A DNA stretch of 37,034 bases from positions 1-37,034 of the forward strand of contig WFTU01000412.1 of the NCBI GenBank assembly GCA_015485375.1, read 5' to 3'. This stretch comes from Paracoccaceae bacterium. GTDB taxonomy: Bacteria; Pseudomonadota; Alphaproteobacteria; Rhodobacterales; Rhodobacteraceae. A program made the translations under genes and the position numbers. The notes beneath the pieces were generated by a model that did no database searches, was not told where the DNA came from, and worked only from the letters and a program-made list of their open reading frames with translations. Shown one piece after another: positions 15,537-25,176 of this stretch. Every line of letters begins with the position of its first letter. Within the stretch, counting starts at the first letter, position 1.

Positions 15537-15741
15537 GTCGCAGGGCTACCTTGGGCTGCCGATCAGGGACGAAGTCGTCATTGACCCGACCACGGACGAG
15601 AAAACACCGGTGATGGTGACGGCGTGGGAGCCGAGCATCGAGGAAATCGAGGCGCTGCGCCAAGGCGCCAAGATCCACCTCACGCTTTACGGCTACATGC
15701 ACCCGCCGGTCAGGATCGACGTGGGGCCCATCCCGGAATGA
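15493..15741 (+). CDS. Conserved phage hypothetical protein
   Basis: AAGGA RBS; GYLGLPIRD...MVTAWEP..EE...L..G....HPPV. Confidence 0.75.
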   Translation: MLIARIENATRVVGKSQGYLGLPIRDEVVIDPTTDEKTPVMVTAWEPSIEEIEALRQGAKIHLTLYGYMHPPVRIDVGPIPE

Positions 15742-15947
15742 AGGGACAGCCGTCAATCAGCAGCATCTACCGGATGGCGCCCGGAACCGCCAACGACGAT
15801 GCGCTCGCGGAATGGGGCCGCATTGAGCGCCTGCGCCGGGAGGCATGGCGAAAGACGGGCGTCGTCACGATCAGAATCGAGGAGCTACCGGAGAGCCTTC
15901 AAGGGCCGATACAGCAGTGGGCAGAGGACCAATATGGCAGGCGATAA
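15738..15947 (+). CDS. Hypothetical protein
   Basis: ATGA coupling; 69 aa. Confidence 0.6.
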   Translation: MKGQPSISSIYRMAPGTANDDALAEWGRIERLRREAWRKTGVVTIRIEELPESLQGPIQQWAEDQYGRR

Positions 15948-16614
15948 ATGGATGAGCGTGCAGCAGGCGCTCGAGTGGGCGTTCGGAAAGGAAGGGGCAC
16001 AGCTGGAATTGCCCGAACCTGACGTCGAGGATCGCGGCTTCGGCTTCGGGATGGAATATGTCCTGATGGAGCAGGCCCGCTTGGGCGTGCGCGTCGACAC
16101 GTTCCGCGGCAAGTCATACCCGCACGAGGATGCGGATACGATTGCGGCCGTGGTCACCCATGTGAGCGGAGGGTTCAGAACGGCCATCATGGTGGTGGAG
16201 TGCGCGCGATCAGGAATAACGCCAGACTGGATGCCAGGGGCTGTTCCGAAGGTCGAGCCGAAAGCGTGGAAGCGCCGCAGCGGTTTTCGGCACTATGCGA
16301 AGTCGGAGCGCATTGGGACGCACGTGGAGGAGGTTCGTCTGCCGCACCCGAAATATCCGACCAAGACGATCATCCGGCGCAAGAGAACAGAGATTCTCTG
16401 GACGCCAATTCGCTGGTCGCCGACCGAACACCAAATCGCCAGTGCCAGAAAACGCTATGACGAGTGGTGGTCCGCGCTGGACGAAATCCGCGAGAACCTT
16501 TCGTATCTTCGTCTGACAATGGTCAAGATCACCGAAGTCATGCCACCCCGGAAACCATGGAGGCGGCCATCAGGCGCGGGTCGGAAAAATATGCACAAAG
16601 CACCCATCCGGTAG
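15934..16614 (+). CDS. Conserved prophage protein in the Q / late-regulator position
   Basis: GAGG RBS; ALEWAF, HEDAD, PDWMP, Y..WW.AL motifs; last gene before the late intergenic region. Confidence 0.7.
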   Translation: MAGDKWMSVQQALEWAFGKEGAQLELPEPDVEDRGFGFGMEYVLMEQARLGVRVDTFRGKSYPHEDADTIAAVVTHVSGGFRTAIMVVECARSGITPDWMPGAVPKVEPKAWKRRSGFRHYAKSERIGTHVEEVRLPHPKYPTKTIIRRKRTEILWTPIRWSPTEHQIASARKRYDEWWSALDEIRENLSYLRLTMVKITEVMPPRKPWRRPSGAGRKNMHKAPIR

Positions 16615-16669
16615 CCAAGCGCCGGTGTGTGCTGTCCAAAACGCGCCTTTTGTCCCGAAACCTGCGCTC

Positions 16670-16791
16670 TTGACTTTTTCCATTCGTATTGACAACCTGC
16701 CAGCGAACCGAATTGCGGAAGAACGCAGGACGGGAATTCCAGACAGTTCGATTTGGGAGCGCGCCACCACCCCCCCGGTTGGCGCGCTTTG
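16670..16791 (+). promoter_or_regulatory. Putative late promoter region followed by a terminator-like hairpin
   Basis: TTGACT (16670) and TTGACA (16689); AGCGCGCCA/TGGCGCGCT stem at 16758-16788 followed by TTG. Confidence 0.45.
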
Positions 16792-16866
16792 TCGTCGCGG
16801 TTTCAGGTTCTCCGCGCCAAAGCAAAACCTGGTCCATCTCCGCCAAGGTGAGAACAGGAGTGAGCA

Positions 16867-17298
16867 ATGCCAGGAGGCAGGCCGACCAAATACAATCCCG
16901 AAATGTGCGCCACCGTCATAGAGGTAGGCCGGCGCGGCGATACCGTCGCCAGCATGTGTAAGGCGCTCGGAATCTCGCGGGAAACCATGAACCGGTGGCG
17001 GCACGAAAAGCCCGAGTTTCAGGACGCCGTAAAAGACGGATTGGGCCTGGCACAAGCGTGGTGGGAAGAAAAAGGCAAGGATGCCACGTTCGGAAAGGAG
17101 CCCGGGTTTAACGCCACGAGTTTCATTTTCAACATGAAGAATCGGTTTTCGGAAGATTGGCGCGATCGACACGAGGTGACCGGGAAGGATGGCGCGCCAT
17201 TGGTGCCGACGACCATCGACGTGGACAAGCTGACCCTGAAAGAACGCAAGCAACTCTTGGCGCTGCATGCCAAGGCAACCGATGCTGACGGCAGGTGA
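16867..17298 (+). CDS. terS: Terminase small subunit
   Basis: GRPTKY.PE, HTH (LGISRETM..W...PEF..A), IFNMKNRF..DWRD. Confidence 0.9.
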   Translation: MPGGRPTKYNPEMCATVIEVGRRGDTVASMCKALGISRETMNRWRHEKPEFQDAVKDGLGLAQAWWEEKGKDATFGKEPGFNATSFIFNMKNRFSEDWRDRHEVTGKDGAPLVPTTIDVDKLTLKERKQLLALHAKATDADGR

Positions 17299-18724
17299 TG
17301 TTCTAGCTCTTGAACGGTCCATCGCGGCGGAGAGCCTGGCAGACTTCGTCAAGATGGCATGGCACACGATCGAGCCGGGCCAGCCCTATGTGCACAACTG
17401 GCACATTGATGCGCTCGGGGATCACTTGCAGGCGGTGGCCGCCGGGGAAATTCCGCGGCTGCTGATCAACATTCCGCCGGGCACGATGAAGTCGAGCACC
17501 ACCAGCGTGTTCTTCCCTGCGTGGCTATGGGGGCCAGCGGGAAAGCCGCATTCCCGGTTCATCGGTGCGGCGCACGAACAGACGCTGGCAACACGCGACA
17601 ATCGCAGGACACGCCTGTTGGTAGAAAGCGAGTGGTTTCAGACCAGGTGGCCGGTCCGGATCACGTCGGACCAGAACGAGAAGACGTTCTTCGAAACGGA
17701 GGACCGCGGGTTCCGGCAATCCAGCGCGGTGCGGTCCATGACGGGCCGCCGGGGTCATTTCATCGCGTGGGACGACCCGATCAACCCAGAGGATGCGCAC
17801 AGCCCCACAGCGCGGGAAACGGCGATCCGCATCTTCACCGAGACGCTGCCAAGTCGGATGGTGGACCCGAAAACATCGGCGATCATCATCGTGATGCAGC
17901 GTCTGCACCAAGACGATGTCAGCGGATACATTCTCGAGAATGATTTCGGCTATGAACACCTTTGCTTGCCGATGGAATTCGAGCCGGATCGCAAGTGCTA
18001 CACGTCGATCGGGTTCGAAGATCCAAGGACGAAAGAAGGCGAACTACTGTTCGAGGAGCGGTTTCCGCGCGAAGTCGTGGAGCGCGACAAGAAGGTGATG
18101 GGGTCTTACGCGACCGCCGGACAGTTCCAGCAGCGCCCGGCGCCTCGAGAAGGCGGCATGTTCAAACGGTCGGACTTCGAGATCGTCGATGCAGTGCCGG
18201 TCGGTTGCCGGTGGGTGCGCGCTTGGGACTTGGCGGCCTCGGTCGAAAAGACATCCGCCTTTACCGCCGGTGTGCTCATGGGGCGCACGCCAAAAGGCGA
18301 GATCATCGTCGCCGATGTAGCGCGCGATCAGGTGTCGCCGTCCGGTTTGGAGAAACTTCTTCGGGCGACGGCCTCGATGGATGGTGTCTCCGTGCCGGGG
18401 TCGATTCCGCAAGATCCTGGCTCGTCCGGAAAATACCAGGCGAAGGCGTTGATCTCGGGTCCGCTGGCCGGGTTCAACTACAAAGCATCGCCCGAAACTG
18501 GCGACAAGGTTGCCCGCGCTGAGCCGCTCGCAGCGCAGGTCGAGATTGGAAACGTCAAATTGCTTCGCGGCGATTGGAACAAGGCGTTCCTCGACGAGAT
18601 TTCGATGTTCCCGGCAGGCAAGAACAAGGACCAGGTGGACGCGGCCAGCCGCGCATATGGCGAACTGATGAAAAGCAAGCCGTTCAACTGGTATGTCGGC
18701 GGAGGAACAGATGAAGCTACTTGA
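17282..18724 (+). CDS. terL: Terminase large subunit
   Basis: LINIPPGTMKS (Walker A), AWDDP (Walker B), MQRLH..D, AWDLA, FP...KDQVDA. Confidence 0.95.
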   Translation: MLTAGDVLALERSIAAESLADFVKMAWHTIEPGQPYVHNWHIDALGDHLQAVAAGEIPRLLINIPPGTMKSSTTSVFFPAWLWGPAGKPHSRFIGAAHEQTLATRDNRRTRLLVESEWFQTRWPVRITSDQNEKTFFETEDRGFRQSSAVRSMTGRRGHFIAWDDPINPEDAHSPTARETAIRIFTETLPSRMVDPKTSAIIIVMQRLHQDDVSGYILENDFGYEHLCLPMEFEPDRKCYTSIGFEDPRTKEGELLFEERFPREVVERDKKVMGSYATAGQFQQRPAPREGGMFKRSDFEIVDAVPVGCRWVRAWDLAASVEKTSAFTAGVLMGRTPKGEIIVADVARDQVSPSGLEKLLRATASMDGVSVPGSIPQDPGSSGKYQAKALISGPLAGFNYKASPETGDKVARAEPLAAQVEIGNVKLLRGDWNKAFLDEISMFPAGKNKDQVDAASRAYGELMKSKPFNWYVGGGTDEAT

Positions 18725-20093
18725 TCCGCGGACGTGGTTCACCAAGGCAAGCGCGGTTGGCCAGATCATCGCGGAGCGCGGCCTCGGTCAGCCCGTGTGG
18801 TCGAAACGGAACTATCAGAGTTTCGCCAAGGAAGCCTACCAGTTGAATGCGGTTTCCTATCGCTGCATCAAGCTCGTGGCTGGAAACGCGGCCGGTGTGA
18901 AATGGCTTTTGGTCGGTCGCGATGGAAAGGTGATCGACAACCACCCGCTGATCGACCTGTTGCGCCGCCCTACCCCGCTCAACAGCGGTCGGACGTTCTT
19001 CGAGGCTGTGTATGCATATCTGCTGATCGCGGGAAACAGCTACATCGAGGCCAACGGGCCGGAAGGTGGCAAGCCAGGGGAGCTGTGGGTGCTTCGGCCA
19101 GATCGCATGAAGGTCGTGCCCGGGAAAATGTCGATGCCGGAGGCTTTCGAATACAGCGTCGGCGGAAAAAAACACCGGTGGCCGGTAAACCAGGTCGATG
19201 GCACGTCGCCGATCCTGCACCTCAAGGAGTTTCACCCGACCGACGATTGGTATGGCTTGAGCAGGGTCGAAGCGGCCGCCTACGGCATTGACCGCCACAA
19301 CGCGGCATCGGCCCACAACAAGGCCTTGTTGGACAATGGGGCCCGGCCGTCCGGCGCTTTGGTTTTCGAGCCGGTGACCTCGGGGGGGGAATCTCAGAAC
19401 GCCCCGAAGGAAATCATCGAGGCCGCGGAAAAACAACTGATGGCCCGGCACGGCGGACCGACGAATGCCGGCCGCCCGATGATATTCGGCGGCAATGTGC
19501 GCTGGGAAGCTATGGGCTTCAAGCCGCGCGACATGGACTACGCGGTATCCAAGGACGACAGCGCGCGCGATATCTGCATCGCGTTTGGCGTGCCACCGGT
19601 GCTCGTCGTCAAGGGCGAGGCAACCTACAACAACATGCGGGAAGCCAAGCTCGACCTCTACGAGGACACGGTGCTTCCGCTGGTCGAGTTTCTGACGGGC
19701 GAATTGAACACATGGCTGGTGCCGCCATTCGGCGACGGGCTTCGTTTGGTGCCCGACCTGGATTCCGTATCCGCTTTGGAATCCAGACGCGAAACCAAGC
19801 GCCGCTCGACGGTGGAACTTTTGAAAGAGGGCGTGATCAGCCATGACGAGGCACGCTCGGACCTCGATTACGGGCCTCGCGACCCGGACGCGGTCGGGAG
19901 CGTTGACGGCAGCACGCTCTCGGCCCTGGTCGCTGCGATGCCAGAGGTCGGGATCATGCCTCTGGCGCGCTACATGCGCTCGGTTCAACTGGTTCCGCCG
20001 GACATGAGCGACGAGGAAATCCTGGCGATGGCAATGGATCTGATCGAGAGCGATCCAATCAATGATGGAGCAGGCGATGCAATTCAAAACTGA
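18711..20093 (+). CDS. HK97-family portal protein
   Basis: HPLIDLL.RP, GNSY, NGARPSG, ICIAFGVPP, DEAR; GGAGG RBS. Confidence 0.95.
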   Translation: MKLLDPRTWFTKASAVGQIIAERGLGQPVWSKRNYQSFAKEAYQLNAVSYRCIKLVAGNAAGVKWLLVGRDGKVIDNHPLIDLLRRPTPLNSGRTFFEAVYAYLLIAGNSYIEANGPEGGKPGELWVLRPDRMKVVPGKMSMPEAFEYSVGGKKHRWPVNQVDGTSPILHLKEFHPTDDWYGLSRVEAAAYGIDRHNAASAHNKALLDNGARPSGALVFEPVTSGGESQNAPKEIIEAAEKQLMARHGGPTNAGRPMIFGGNVRWEAMGFKPRDMDYAVSKDDSARDICIAFGVPPVLVVKGEATYNNMREAKLDLYEDTVLPLVEFLTGELNTWLVPPFGDGLRLVPDLDSVSALESRRETKRRSTVELLKEGVISHDEARSDLDYGPRDPDAVGSVDGSTLSALVAAMPEVGIMPLARYMRSVQLVPPDMSDEEILAMAMDLIESDPINDGAGDAIQN

Positions 20094-20757
20094 TCGCAAG
20101 GACGGGCTTTTCAGGGGCGACTTCGGCACGCCGGCGCCGTTCGACATGAAGGAGTTGAACGAGGACGGCGAGTTCGAGGGCTATGCCGCGACATTCGGCG
20201 ACGTGGACCTCGGCAACGATATCGTGATGCCGGGCGCGTTTTCCGCGTCCCTGGTCAAATGGCCGGCGCACAAGGTCAAGATGCTGCATCAGCATCGCCC
20301 CGATGAAATCGCCGGCAAGTGGCTCGAACTGCGCGAAACCGACAAGGGGCTCTATGCGAAAGGCAAGTTGTTCCTGAAGGTGCAACGCGGCCAGGAAATC
20401 CACGAGATGATGAAGGAGGGCCAGCTTGAAGGGCTCTCGATCGGCTACCGCACGCGCGAATACGAGATCGACAATGAACTTGGCGTGCGCCGGCTGAAGA
20501 AGGTCGATCTGCGCGAAATCTCGATCGTGACCTTCCCGATGAACGAAATGGCTGGCGTGACCCTCGTGAAGGGCGACACCATTCCAACTGAACGAGAATT
20601 TGAGCGGTTCCTGATGCGGGATGCCGGGTTCACCGCTCAACAGGCCAAGGCGATCATCGCCAATGGCTACAAATCGCTGACCAACGCGCGGGATGCCGGA
20701 GAAAGCGATGATAGCGGGTCTCTTCTGGCCCAAATGGCTGCGGTGATGCGCAGCTAA
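20077..20757 (+). CDS. HK97-family prohead protease
   Basis: FEGYAATFG..D...D.V..GAF, MLHQH, GLSIGY, LREISIVTFPMN. Confidence 0.95.
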   Translation: MQFKTDRKDGLFRGDFGTPAPFDMKELNEDGEFEGYAATFGDVDLGNDIVMPGAFSASLVKWPAHKVKMLHQHRPDEIAGKWLELRETDKGLYAKGKLFLKVQRGQEIHEMMKEGQLEGLSIGYRTREYEIDNELGVRRLKKVDLREISIVTFPMNEMAGVTLVKGDTIPTEREFERFLMRDAGFTAQQAKAIIANGYKSLTNARDAGESDDSGSLLAQMAAVMRS

Positions 20758-20782
20758 CATCATCAAATCAAAGGAGGATGTC

Positions 20783-22108
20783 ATGTTGGACATTCAAAAG
20801 GCGCCCGCGCAAGCGAAGGCGGGGCTTCCGCTTGAACGCAAGGACGACAGCGGCGGCCTGGATGGCGAAAAGGCTGTTCGCGAGTTCAAGGAAGCGTGGA
20901 ACACCTACCGGGAAAAGAACGATGCTCGCCTGGACGCACTCGACAGGAAGCTGTCCGATCCCATCGGCGAAGCGGAACTCAAGAAGATCGACGAATTCCT
21001 CGACAAGCACGAAGGCCTGAACCAGAAACTGGTTCTCGGCCAGAAGGCTCAGGAAGCGGTCGAAGAGCTCAAGAAGCGCTTTGACGCGGTCGAGACCGCG
21101 CTGCAGCGCAAGGGCGTGGCGGGGGCCGAGGAAAAGGTCAACCGAGCCGGCCTGTGGGCAAAAGCCGTCTACCAGGTGTTCCACAAGGGTGAGCCGAACC
21201 TTGCCGAGGAAGAGCGTGGCTGCCTCGACGACATCAAGGCCGAATACAAGGCCCTGAACGTCGGGACGGCGACCGAAGGTGGCTACCTGGCGCCGGTCGA
21301 ATACGTCCGCGAGATCATCAAGGGCATCACCGAGTCCAGCCCGGTCCGGTCGCTTGTGCGCGTTCGCAATACGTCCAGCAAATCCATCCAGATCCCGAAG
21401 CGCACCGGCCAGTTCGCCGCCGTGCGCGTGCACGAACTGGGCACCAAGTCCGAAACCACGGGCCTGGGCTACGGCCTCGAAGAACTGGTGGCGCCGGAGA
21501 TGTATGCGCTGGTCGATGTGACCAATGACATGCTCGAAGACAGCGCCTTCGACATCGCGGCTGAAATCGAGATGGAAGCGATCGAGCAGTTCTCGGTCAA
21601 GGAGGGCCAGGAGTTCATCACCGGCACCGGCGTTGGCGAAATGGAAGGCATCCTCGTGAACGGCGACATCGCTGAAACGGTCTCCGGCTCTGCCACGGCG
21701 ATCACCGCCGACGGCATGCTCGATCTCAAGCACGCGATCAAGTCCGGCTATGCCCGTAACGCAAACTGGCTGATGAACCGCACCACCATCGGCGTGGTTC
21801 GCAAGCTGAAGGACATCAACGGTGCCTACATCTGGACGCCGGGCATCGCGCAGGGTGCGCCCAACACCATCGACGGCGATCCCTATGTCGAGGTGACCGA
21901 CATGCCCAACGAGGGAGCCGGCGCCTACCCGATTGCCTACGGCGACTGGCGCCGCGCCTACACGATGGTCGACAGGATCGTCATGGACATGATGCGCGAC
22001 CCCTACACGCAGGCCGACAACGGCAAGGTCCGCTTCCGGTTCCGGCGTCGGAGCGGCGGCAAGCTGACGCTGGCCGAGGCGGTTCGCAAGCTGAAGTGCT
22101 CGACCTGA
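20783..22108 (+). CDS. HK97-fold major capsid protein with N-terminal delta (scaffold) domain
   Basis: Coiled-coil N-terminus; GGYLAP, DMLEDS, FITGTG...GI, KLKD.NG.Y.W, YGDW. Confidence 0.96.
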   Translation: MLDIQKAPAQAKAGLPLERKDDSGGLDGEKAVREFKEAWNTYREKNDARLDALDRKLSDPIGEAELKKIDEFLDKHEGLNQKLVLGQKAQEAVEELKKRFDAVETALQRKGVAGAEEKVNRAGLWAKAVYQVFHKGEPNLAEEERGCLDDIKAEYKALNVGTATEGGYLAPVEYVREIIKGITESSPVRSLVRVRNTSSKSIQIPKRTGQFAAVRVHELGTKSETTGLGYGLEELVAPEMYALVDVTNDMLEDSAFDIAAEIEMEAIEQFSVKEGQEFITGTGVGEMEGILVNGDIAETVSGSATAITADGMLDLKHAIKSGYARNANWLMNRTTIGVVRKLKDINGAYIWTPGIAQGAPNTIDGDPYVEVTDMPNEGAGAYPIAYGDWRRAYTMVDRIVMDMMRDPYTQADNGKVRFRFRRRSGGKLTLAEAVRKLKCST

Positions 22109-22115
22109 TGAAACA

Positions 22116-22140
22116 CGGGCTGGCCTGACGGCCGGCCCGA
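22116..22140 (+). other. GC-rich stem-loop after the capsid gene
   Basis: CGGGCTGGCC-TGAC-GGCCGGCCCG. Confidence 0.45.
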
Positions 22141-22165
22141 CTTGAAATGAACAGGAGGAACAGAG

Positions 22166-22591
22166 ATGTTCGATCTTCACAATAACGTCCACCCCGTGCT
22201 CGGCTTGGCGCCGAGCGCCGGGCCTTCGGACAACACGGCGCAGGTGTGCGCCATCGTCGACCGGCAGGGCTACGAGTCGCTGGAATACATCATCGCGACG
22301 GGCACCTTGGTGGACGCGGATGCGACCTTCACGGTGCTTCTGGAGGAGGGCGACAATGCCAGCCTGTCCGACGCCGCGGCTGTGGCCGATGTCGACCTGA
22401 TCGGCACGGAAGCATTGGCGAGTTTCACTTTCGCGGATGACAGCAAGTGCTTCAAGCTCGGCTACAAGGGTGGCAAGCGCTACACGCGCATGACCATCAC
22501 CCCGGCCAACAACACCGGTGCCGCTCCGATGGCCGTGGTCGCCGTGCTCGGCAACCCGTCCTCGGCGCCGACCGCCAACCCGCCGGCGTAA
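22166..22591 (+). CDS. Putative head decoration/cement protein
   Basis: Small beta-rich, Ala-rich protein right after the capsid gene; VDRQGYES, GYKGGKRY.R. Confidence 0.7.
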   Translation: MFDLHNNVHPVLGLAPSAGPSDNTAQVCAIVDRQGYESLEYIIATGTLVDADATFTVLLEEGDNASLSDAAAVADVDLIGTEALASFTFADDSKCFKLGYKGGKRYTRMTITPANNTGAAPMAVVAVLGNPSSAPTANPPA

Positions 22592-22653
22592 CATGAGATC
22601 GGGCCGGGCGGTCTGCTGCCCGGCCCAAATCCGTCAAACCGAAAGGACAGATC

Positions 22654-22998
22654 ATGCTGTATCGCGCCAAGAAATCGTTCAACATCGCCCGCGATGGCTT
22701 TACCAGTGAACACGTTCGCGAGGGTCAGATCATCAACGACGTTCCGAGGGATATGGCGCGCGGCCTGATCCTCGAGGGGTTCATCGAGAACGCGCCGGCG
22801 GGGGCCAAGATGGCGCCGCCCCTTGAAAACAAGGCAGAGGTCGAACCGACCGACCAGGTCGAACCCGTTGCCATCCCGGAAAACTGGCGCGACCTGCCCT
22901 GGCCGGAGCTGCGGTCGCTCGGCGCCGAGGTTTCGCCGACGGTCGTGCGCAACAAGTCCGACGCCATCCAGGCGATCGAGGCCTATATCGGCGAATGA
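22654..22998 (+). CDS. Hypothetical protein with C-terminal HeH/SAP-like motif
   Basis: WRDLPWPELRSLGA...NKSDAIQAIE; AAGGA RBS. Confidence 0.7.
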   Translation: MLYRAKKSFNIARDGFTSEHVREGQIINDVPRDMARGLILEGFIENAPAGAKMAPPLENKAEVEPTDQVEPVAIPENWRDLPWPELRSLGAEVSPTVVRNKSDAIQAIEAYIGE

Positions 22999-23024
22999 GC
23001 CGATTTAATCAGTGAGAAACCGCC

Positions 23025-23426
23025 ATGCGCCATGATATCCATATCCAGCAGGGCGCGGACTGGTCCTTCGTCTACACGCACAAGGACAGCTCTGGCTCCG
23101 TGCTGGATGTGACCGGGTATTCCGCCCGCGCCTCGATCAAGATCGGGTTCGGATCGTCGAACATGGCCTATCTGTCGAGCGGATCGGACGCGAACGGCGG
23201 AACCATCACGGTCGGCGGGACCGATGGCAAGATCACGATGAGCATGACCGCCGAACAGACCGCCGCGCTGCTCGACAATGCGCTCGACGTGCTTTCGGAA
23301 AACTACGTCGCGCCGACCGGGCAGTTTCTCAAGGCAAGATACCAGCTGGAACTGCTGTCGCCGGCCGGGACCGTAACGCGCCCGCTCGAAGGTAACGCGA
23401 TGATTGACCGGGAGATCACAACCTGA
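23025..23426 (+). CDS. Virion-associated Ig-like / BppU-N-like hypothetical protein
   Basis: IQQGAD....., D.TGYSAR..I, G.I.....AEQT..L, Y.LEL, V.R.LEG. Confidence 0.7.
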   Translation: MRHDIHIQQGADWSFVYTHKDSSGSVLDVTGYSARASIKIGFGSSNMAYLSSGSDANGGTITVGGTDGKITMSMTAEQTAALLDNALDVLSENYVAPTGQFLKARYQLELLSPAGTVTRPLEGNAMIDREITT

Positions 23427-23959
23427 TGGCCCTGACAGTTGAAACCGGTGCCGGTGTTTCCGGAGCGGACGCCTACGCCTCGACCACCACGGTCGACACA
23501 TATTGGTCTAACCGGCCCCAGAACGCATTGTCGGCGACGTGGGCAGCCGGAGCGACCGCAAACAAGGAAGGGGCGATCCGCGAGGCTTCGGCCTATCTGG
23601 ATGCCGTTTTCGGCCCGCACTACCGAGGGGTCGCGCGGGGCACCCTGCAAGGGCTGCTGTTTCCGCGCTCGGACGCATTGGACGATGCCGGGTTTCCGCT
23701 GCCAGACCTGCCTCAGCAACTGGTCGATGCGGTGTGCGAACTGGCGGCCAGGGCCCTCAGCAATCCTCTGGCAGATGACGATGATCGCGGCAATCAGATC
23801 GTGCGCATCAAGGAAAAAGTGGACGTCATCGAAACCGACACCCAATACGCCGAGGGCGCGCAGAAGCACAAAAGCTACGGCTTCGTCGCCGGCATGCTGG
23901 CGCCAATTCTCGACGGCACACAGCCGAATGCGCCGACACCGGCGTGGAACTGGACATAG
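23426..23959 (+). CDS. Putative head-tail adaptor ('DnaT-like' family)
   Basis: MALTVETG.G...ADAY, KE.A...AS.YLD, Q.L.FPR, A.CELA, KEKVDVIE..Y. Confidence 0.8.
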   Translation: MALTVETGAGVSGADAYASTTTVDTYWSNRPQNALSATWAAGATANKEGAIREASAYLDAVFGPHYRGVARGTLQGLLFPRSDALDDAGFPLPDLPQQLVDAVCELAARALSNPLADDDDRGNQIVRIKEKVDVIETDTQYAEGAQKHKSYGFVAGMLAPILDGTQPNAPTPAWNWT

Positions 23960-23972
23960 GAGGAGGCAGACC

Positions 23973-24323
23973 ATGCCAGCAATCACAGCGACCGACATGG
24001 GCGGCAGCGGCGCAAAGTCGATCACCGAAACCACGCTGAACGGCTCGGACACGTTCGTCTACGATGGCAACCGCGATCCGATCCTGTATCTTCGCAACCC
24101 GACCGCCGGGGCGATTTCGGCCACCATCGACGGCAGCGGAGCGTCCACCACCCACGGCATTGAAGGCGTCGGGACCATGGACCTTTCGGGCGGGTATGCC
24201 GTCGGCTCGATCGCAGCCGGCGCGGCCAAGGCAATCCGCCTGTCCACGATCCGGCACTATCTCGAGGGCACCATCGCGATCAACAGCGGCACGGGCCTCG
24301 TGGCTTCGCTGCTGAACTTCTGA
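23973..24323 (+). CDS. Virion structural protein (hypothetical)
   Basis: AGGAGG RBS; Gly/Thr/Ala-rich beta protein of 116 aa. Confidence 0.75.
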   Translation: MPAITATDMGGSGAKSITETTLNGSDTFVYDGNRDPILYLRNPTAGAISATIDGSGASTTHGIEGVGTMDLSGGYAVGSIAAGAAKAIRLSTIRHYLEGTIAINSGTGLVASLLNF

Positions 24324-24325
24324 TC

Positions 24326-24502
24326 ATGGATCGCGAAAGAGTATCCATCGCCCGGATCGAGGTCGTGGAGCGCGGTGATGGGCAATACACGAAAGTGGTC
24401 CTTTCGGACGGAAAAGAACTCGTCGGCATCAAGAAGCTGACGGCCACCGCCGGCGCCAATGATCAGCCGCTCGTCGAACTGACGGCGATCATCAAAAACT
24501 GA
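24326..24502 (+). CDS. 58-aa hypothetical protein (not in the ORF track)
   Basis: MDRERVSIARIEVVERGDGQYTKVVLSDGKELVGIKK...; fills the gap exactly, with phage-like codon use. Confidence 0.65.
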   Translation: MDRERVSIARIEVVERGDGQYTKVVLSDGKELVGIKKLTATAGANDQPLVELTAIIKN

Positions 24503-24512
24503 AGGGCAGGAC

Positions 24513-24830
24513 ATGGCGAAACTGACCAATCACACCCGCAGGCCGGTTGAACTTGCAACCGGGCATGTCATCGAGTCGGGCGAAACGCTCGAGACCACGA
24601 TGGATGTGGTGCGCCACGTCGACAATGTGCCGTATCTGAGCGGACTTGAACTGTCCGGGCGCATGACCATCGAGCGCGATCCGGACAAGCCGTCGATCGA
24701 TGTCATCACGCAAATGACGGTCGGAGAACTGCGGAAACTCCTCAAGGATTTCGGCGAAAGTGCCCCGTCCAGGGACACGGCGGCCGTCCTCAAGTCCAAG
24801 GCGGTGAACCTGCTTCATGGCAACGTTTGA
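24513..24830 (+). CDS. Hypothetical protein with C-terminal HeH/SAP-like motif
   Basis: AGGA RBS; ITQMTVGELRKLLKDFG. Confidence 0.7.
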   Translation: MAKLTNHTRRPVELATGHVIESGETLETTMDVVRHVDNVPYLSGLELSGRMTIERDPDKPSIDVITQMTVGELRKLLKDFGESAPSRDTAAVLKSKAVNLLHGNV

Positions 24831-25176
24831 CTACAGTGCGCTCAAGACCAGAGCGGAGGCACTGATCACGAAATTCGGGCAAACGGCAACCCTGCGACAG
24901 TTGGCAACCGGTGCCGGCGCCGGATATCAGCCGATCAGGGGAACGCCTACCGACACGCCGATCGAGGTCATCGACCTGCGCAAGATGGAACGTGACGCTG
25001 CCGGCGTTCTGACCAAGGAGGTTCGTCGGCAGCTTCTGGTCAGCACAAAGGCCAGTGTGACGCCGCAAAAGGACGATACCGTGCAAATCGGATCGACGTG
25101 GCATAAGATCCTCGCCGTTCGCCCGGTCAACCCTGGCGGCACGAACCTGCTGTTCAAGCTGGAACTGGAAACCTGA
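24817..25176 (+). CDS. Head closure / head-tail joining protein
   Basis: FDY......A..LI.KFG...TLR; P...D.V.I....W.I..V.PVNPGG...L.KL. Confidence 0.8.
   Translation: MATFDYSALKTRAEALITKFGQTATLRQLATGAGAGYQPIRGTPTDTPIEVIDLRKMERDAAGVLTKEVRRQLLVSTKASVTPQKDDTVQIGSTWHKILAVRPVNPGGTNLLFKLELET

Noticed and set aside
20768-22594. 608-aa minus-strand ORF opposite the capsid gene (likewise 18717-20147, 201-1205, 2080-2988, 33377-34231)
   Set aside because: Shadow ORFs produced by high GC3 codon bias. They mirror well-supported genes and have no recognisable motifs.
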